Assembly (NCBI GenBank): GCA_963705305.1
Contig: OY970067.1
Coordinates: 928,001 to 992,000, forward strand
Origin: an uncultured Methylomirabilota bacterium
GTDB lineage: Bacteria; Methylomirabilota; Methylomirabilia; Methylomirabilales; 2-02-FULL-66-22
Direction of reading: 5' to 3'
DNA: 64,000 bases
Part shown: positions 59,920-64,000 of the stretch, in pieces
Layout: each line of letters starts with the position of its first letter
How positions within the stretch are numbered: position 1 is the first letter of the stretch
Notes under the pieces: model-generated
Seen by the model: only the letters and a program-made list of their open reading frames with translations
Databases searched by the model: none
What the model was told of the DNA's origin: nothing
Made by a program: the position numbers and the translations under genes

Positions 59920-60858
59920 ATGCCGTTCAGTCTTTGCCAGGAGATCATCGACAATATCGCCCGGGTTATCGTGGGCAAGCGGGACGCCATCGAGCTGCTG
60001 CTGGCGGCCCTGCTGGCCGACGGCCACGTGCTGCTGGAAGACCTGCCCGGCCTGGGGAAGACGCTGATCGCCAAGTCGCTGGCCCGTAGTATCGGCGTGG
60101 ACTTCAAGAGGGTGCAGTTCACCCCCGACCTGCTGCCCGCCGACATCACCGGCTTCAACGTCTACAGCCAGCCGACGGGGCAGTTCGTCTTTCATCCCGG
60201 ACCCGTCATGACCCATGTGCTCCTGGCCGACGAGATCAACCGCACCATCCCACGAACCCAGTCCAGCCTTCTGGAGAGCATGGAGGAGCGCCAGGTCACC
60301 GTCGACGGCAAGACCTATCCCCTGCCTCGACCGTTCTTCGTCCTGGCGACCCAGAATCCCATCGAGCTGGAGGGGACGTTCCCGCTCCCCGAAGCGCAGC
60401 TGGACAGGTTTCTGCTGCGCGCCCGCCTGGGCTATCCCGGGAGGGAGGAGGAGATCGCCATCCTGGAGCGGTTTCAGGACCGGGATCCGCTGCGTGAGCT
60501 GGAGCCGGTCGCAACCCCGGACGAGGTATCCGCGCTCCAGGACGCCCGCAGGAAGATCCTCGTCTCCCCGCCGGTTCGGGACTACATCACGACCATCGTG
60601 CGGGCCACGCGCACGAGCCCTGCGCTGCGGCTGGGTGCCAGCCCCCGAGGGTCCCTGGCCCTGATGCGCGCGGCCCAGGCCATGGCCGGCCTGCGGGGCC
60701 GGTCGTACGTGCTGCCCGACGATGTGAAGGGCCTAGTCGTCCCCGTCCTCGCCCACCGCCTGATCCTCCGGGAAGAAGAGCGGCTGCGGGGAGAAACCCA
60801 TGAGCACATCCTGGAGGAGATCCTGGGCCGCCTCCCCGTCCCCGCCCCCGCGCGGTGA
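59920..60858 (+). CDS. moxR: MoxR-family AAA+ ATPase
   Basis: PGLGKT, QFTPDLLPAD, DEINR, ATQNPIE.EGT.PLPEAQLDRF. Confidence 0.95.
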   Translation: MPFSLCQEIIDNIARVIVGKRDAIELLLAALLADGHVLLEDLPGLGKTLIAKSLARSIGVDFKRVQFTPDLLPADITGFNVYSQPTGQFVFHPGPVMTHVLLADEINRTIPRTQSSLLESMEERQVTVDGKTYPLPRPFFVLATQNPIELEGTFPLPEAQLDRFLLRARLGYPGREEEIAILERFQDRDPLRELEPVATPDEVSALQDARRKILVSPPVRDYITTIVRATRTSPALRLGASPRGSLALMRAAQAMAGLRGRSYVLPDDVKGLVVPVLAHRLILREEERLRGETHEHILEEILGRLPVPAPAR

Positions 60859-62057
60859 GGGGCCCCGTGAAGGAACAGCCCCCCGCCGCCCCCAGCCTCA
60901 TCGTCGTCCCGCCGAGCCTGGTCCTGGCGGGAGGTGTCCTCTTCTTTGCCCTGCTGTATCATCGCCACGACCTCATCATCCTGTCGCTGCTGGTCCTCGG
61001 CGCGGCGGCGGCCGCCAAGGCGTGGGCGCGAGCGAGTTTTGCCGGACTCGTGTGCCGGTTGTCCGTTGACCGGCGGAAGGCCTTTCCCGGGGAAGCCCTT
61101 CGCCTCAGGCTGGAGGCGGAGAACAGACGGCTCCTGCCGGTGCTCCTCCGGGTGACCGTGCCGGCCGGCGGGCTCCTCGACGACGCGCGCCGGGCGCTCA
61201 CCGGGGAAGGGGGCCTGCTCTGGTACCAGAAGGCGGATTTTGGCTGGGATCTGACGGCCTCCCGCCGGGGGGTGCATCTCCTCGGCCCCCATCACCTCGC
61301 GACCGGCGATCTCTTCGGCTTCTTTTCCACCGAGGGAACGGGGACGGAGGTCCTGCAGATCGTCGTCTTTCCCAGGATCGTTCCGCTCAGACACCTCCCC
61401 CTGCCCCGGCGGGATTTCTTCGGCATTCCCGGCGCCGAAAGCCCCGTCAAGGACCCGGTGTATATCCTCGGCACCAGAGAGTACCAGCACGGCCGGCCGG
61501 CCAGATACATTCACTGGAAGGCCAGCGCCCGCCACCAGCGCCTGCAGGAGAAGCTGTTCGAGCCCACCGAGCAGGAAAAGGTCCTCCTGGCCGTGGACGT
61601 GGAAGCGTTCGCGGATCAGGAGGCCGCCGAGGATTTCGAGCGGATGCTCGAAGCCGCGGCCTCCCTGGCCGTGCACCTGGACCGGGATGGATACGCCGTG
61701 GGGCTGGTCGTGAACGGAACGGTTACGGGGGGGAAGGCGCCGGCGGTGCCCATCGGCAGGGGGCCGGATCAGCTGCCGTCCATCCTGGAGGTCCTGGCCC
61801 GGCTCGACAGGCAGCCCGCGGCGGCGCTTTTGGATGTCATGCGCCGCGGGGTCCCGCTCCCCTGGGGGGTGAGCTGTGTCGGCTTCGCCCGCGACGCGCA
61901 GGGCGGCGTCCTTCCGGCCGTCGAGTCTCTCCTCGCCCGCCGGATACCGGTGATTCTCTTCGTCTCGAAGCCGGCGGGCGGGGCCGCGGCGAGGGGTCGT
62001 GGGCCGGTGGATATCCGCCCGCTGGATGCGCTGCTGCTGGAGGGTACCCCCGAATGA
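60855..62057 (+). CDS. DUF58 protein
   Basis: RRG, DLFG, REYQ.G...R.IHWKASAR. Confidence 0.9.
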   Translation: MRGPVKEQPPAAPSLIVVPPSLVLAGGVLFFALLYHRHDLIILSLLVLGAAAAAKAWARASFAGLVCRLSVDRRKAFPGEALRLRLEAENRRLLPVLLRVTVPAGGLLDDARRALTGEGGLLWYQKADFGWDLTASRRGVHLLGPHHLATGDLFGFFSTEGTGTEVLQIVVFPRIVPLRHLPLPRRDFFGIPGAESPVKDPVYILGTREYQHGRPARYIHWKASARHQRLQEKLFEPTEQEKVLLAVDVEAFADQEAAEDFERMLEAAASLAVHLDRDGYAVGLVVNGTVTGGKAPAVPIGRGPDQLPSILEVLARLDRQPAAALLDVMRRGVPLPWGVSCVGFARDAQGGVLPAVESLLARRIPVILFVSKPAGGAAARGRGPVDIRPLDALLLEGTPE

Positions 62058-63445
62058 GCGGAGGGGCGTTGTTGCTGTTTCGAGTGCTGACCCACTGCAT
62101 GGAGCTCAGCTGGCTCTGCGCCTGGGCCTCGTTTGCGACGATCGCCACCATGCACCGCCCCTTCCCGCTTTTCGAGGCGACGCTGGCGTTTGTGGGAGCC
62201 TTCATCCTCACCCGCCTTTCCACGGGCAAGGGGTGGCTCGTCCTGGGCATCCTGGGGGCGCAGGCCGCGGGGCTGCTCTGCGCCACCGCCGGCATCCTCC
62301 ACGCCACCTATTTTCCGGCCATCCCCCTCCTGGATCGCTCCTGGATCCCGGCGCTCTTCCACGCGGCCAGGACCCCCGTCGACTGGATGACTCTTTTCCT
62401 GAACCTGGTCTGGGCGATCCTCTTCTGGGGGGGCGGCGTGGCTCTTGCCAGGCGGCCGGTCGAGCATGCGGTCGTCTGCTCGCGCTTCGACGCCGGCGCC
62501 GCTGCCCTGCTCATCCTCTTCCTGGTCCGGTGGCTGGCGGCCGCCAACGGCGGGGCGGTGGACGATTCCGTGTCTCACCTGTTCGTCTATCCCTTTTTCG
62601 TGGCCGGTCTGGTGGCCATCGGCATGGCCCATTTGGGAGGAGACAGCGAGCGGCACTTCCTCCCCGGCGCCCGGGGGGTCGGCGTCTTCCTGACGTTTGC
62701 CGCGGCAATCCTGCTCTTCGCTTCCACCCTCAGCCTCTTCTTCCTGCCGTACCTCACGCTGGCGGCCCGGGCGGGTCTGTTCGTGATGAAAGGGACGGCC
62801 GTGGCGCTGAGCCCATTTCTGCTCGCGGTCCTCCGGTTCCTCTTTGCGCCGCGCTCCCTCCGGCCCGAGCCCGAGACAGCAGCTCACCCTTCGACCCTCC
62901 CGCATCCCGTCGACCTCCAGCAGCACGAGGCGTGGTGGATGGTCCTGATCGAGAAGATCCTGGCCTGGGGAGTGGGCGGCCTCCTGATCCTGGCGGGGAT
63001 CGTCGTCCTCGCCGTGGCAGCCTTCTGCCTGGTCCGATACCTCCTGTCCCGGGCGGCCGGCGGACCCGGCCGCCGGGAACACCGGAGCATCCGGTCCGCT
63101 GTTGGCTGGCTTCACAGGCTCTGGGCCTTGCTGTCGGGAATCCCCAAGCGCAAGCAAGGTGCCCCGCGCGCCTGCGATTTCTACCGGGCACTCCTGAGCT
63201 GGGCACGCCGGAGCGGACACCCCCACCTGCCCACCGAGACCCCTTCGGAATTCGGCGCCCGCATGCGCGGCCGCTTCTCCCGGCTAGGACCGGAGATCGC
63301 CCTGATCGTGCATGCCTTCAACCGCGAGTCATATGGAGCGATGCGCCTGGACGCCGTGGAGATAGCGGATTTGTGGACCGCCTGGCGGCGGGTGCGCAGT
63401 CCGCGCTACTGGCCCGCCAGAGTCAAGCAGTGGTGGTCCCGGTAA
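62054..63445 (+). CDS. Multi-TM protein with C-terminal DUF4129
   Basis: Many TM segments; ETPSEF, F...YG. Confidence 0.85.
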   Translation: MSGGALLLFRVLTHCMELSWLCAWASFATIATMHRPFPLFEATLAFVGAFILTRLSTGKGWLVLGILGAQAAGLLCATAGILHATYFPAIPLLDRSWIPALFHAARTPVDWMTLFLNLVWAILFWGGGVALARRPVEHAVVCSRFDAGAAALLILFLVRWLAAANGGAVDDSVSHLFVYPFFVAGLVAIGMAHLGGDSERHFLPGARGVGVFLTFAAAILLFASTLSLFFLPYLTLAARAGLFVMKGTAVALSPFLLAVLRFLFAPRSLRPEPETAAHPSTLPHPVDLQQHEAWWMVLIEKILAWGVGGLLILAGIVVLAVAAFCLVRYLLSRAAGGPGRREHRSIRSAVGWLHRLWALLSGIPKRKQGAPRACDFYRALLSWARRSGHPHLPTETPSEFGARMRGRFSRLGPEIALIVHAFNRESYGAMRLDAVEIADLWTAWRRVRSPRYWPARVKQWWSR

Positions 63446-63575
63446 CCGGGAGGGGAGCGGCGCCGCGGGCCCATGGCCCACCCGGGAGCGCGCCCGCCGG
63501 GGCAGGGAGGCGCCGGGATCCCCGGGCGTCGCCGTGGAAGGGCCGCACGACGATGCCCTCTCCCCCGCCCACACT

Positions 63576-63861
63576 TCAGGCGGGGAGCGGGTGCTCCACC
63601 ACGATCTCCCGCGCCACGCCGCGCACGTCCATCTCGTAGTCCAGTCCGACCACCGGCGGGCGGGCGAAGTGCCACGTCAGGCCGGCCGATGGCGGCCAGG
63701 TGCGTCTCCACAGCGCGGAATCCCTCTTCCAGGGGGATCGTGCGCAGGAAGCGGGCGCGCTCGGTCTCGTAGCCCGGCTCGGCCGCCACAGCCGCCGAGT
63801 ACTGGAACACGCCCTTCAGGTAGCGGTAGCCGTCGTCCGGAAACGCGACAAGGTCGCCCAT
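63576..63861 (-). pseudogene. 2-amino-5-chloromuconate deaminase (CnbZ)-like gene with a large internal deletion
   Basis: N-terminal GYRYLKGVFQYSAAVAAEPG..GRP abuts, out of frame, the C-terminal TWHFARPPVVGLDYEMDVRGV. Confidence 0.75.
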
Positions 63862-64000
63862 CCTCAGTCTCCTCGTCCGCTGCAAGGATGCATGTGCCGC
63901 GTGTGCGTATCTTTGGCCGCGCGGAGGGATCCGGCCTCAGCGGGAGCTGCGGTCCAGGAAGGCCAGGTAGTCTGCGAAGGGAGCATCTCGCGGGACGAGA

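Noticed and set aside
1..64000. CRISPR array, cas genes, rRNA, intact tRNA
   Set aside because: I saw no regularly spaced repeats or full-length structural RNA; only tRNA 3' fragments.

Overview
GC-rich bacterial window. The gene style suggests an NC10/Rokubacteria-like organism, which is inference only. About 54 kb of accessory, heavily churned DNA is followed by about 10 kb of housekeeping-type genes. The left end (0.27-9.9 kb) is visibly AT-richer. It holds a three-gene TIR-like / 4TM / TM-NDT-like operon, a tRNA-Glu 3' remnant, and an unusual co-oriented trio: a NUDIX-isoprenoid-synthase fusion, a SIR2-STAND-FGE protein and a radical SAM enzyme. That trio is the best candidate for an undescribed system. 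The middle contains a 3.1-kb element with two DDE transposase genes, IS481/IS630 elements or remnants, RAYT (HUH) transposase fragments, solitary attC sites, a degraded integrative-element-like block and a HEPN-AEP-like fusion. It also contains two IS1111-type elements whose bridge/seek-RNA guides can be read directly against their flanks, a lipoprotein-patatin cluster, and a membrane/TPR-like gene split by an IS. Decayed mobile genes show a marked A>C/T>G substitution bias. The right end carries Smr, amidase, a selenocysteine AhpD-like gene with SECIS, CBS, FmdB, cyclase, MoxR/DUF58/DUF4129 and an internally deleted cnbZ-like gene. All family calls come from motif recognition by eye; no database search was run.
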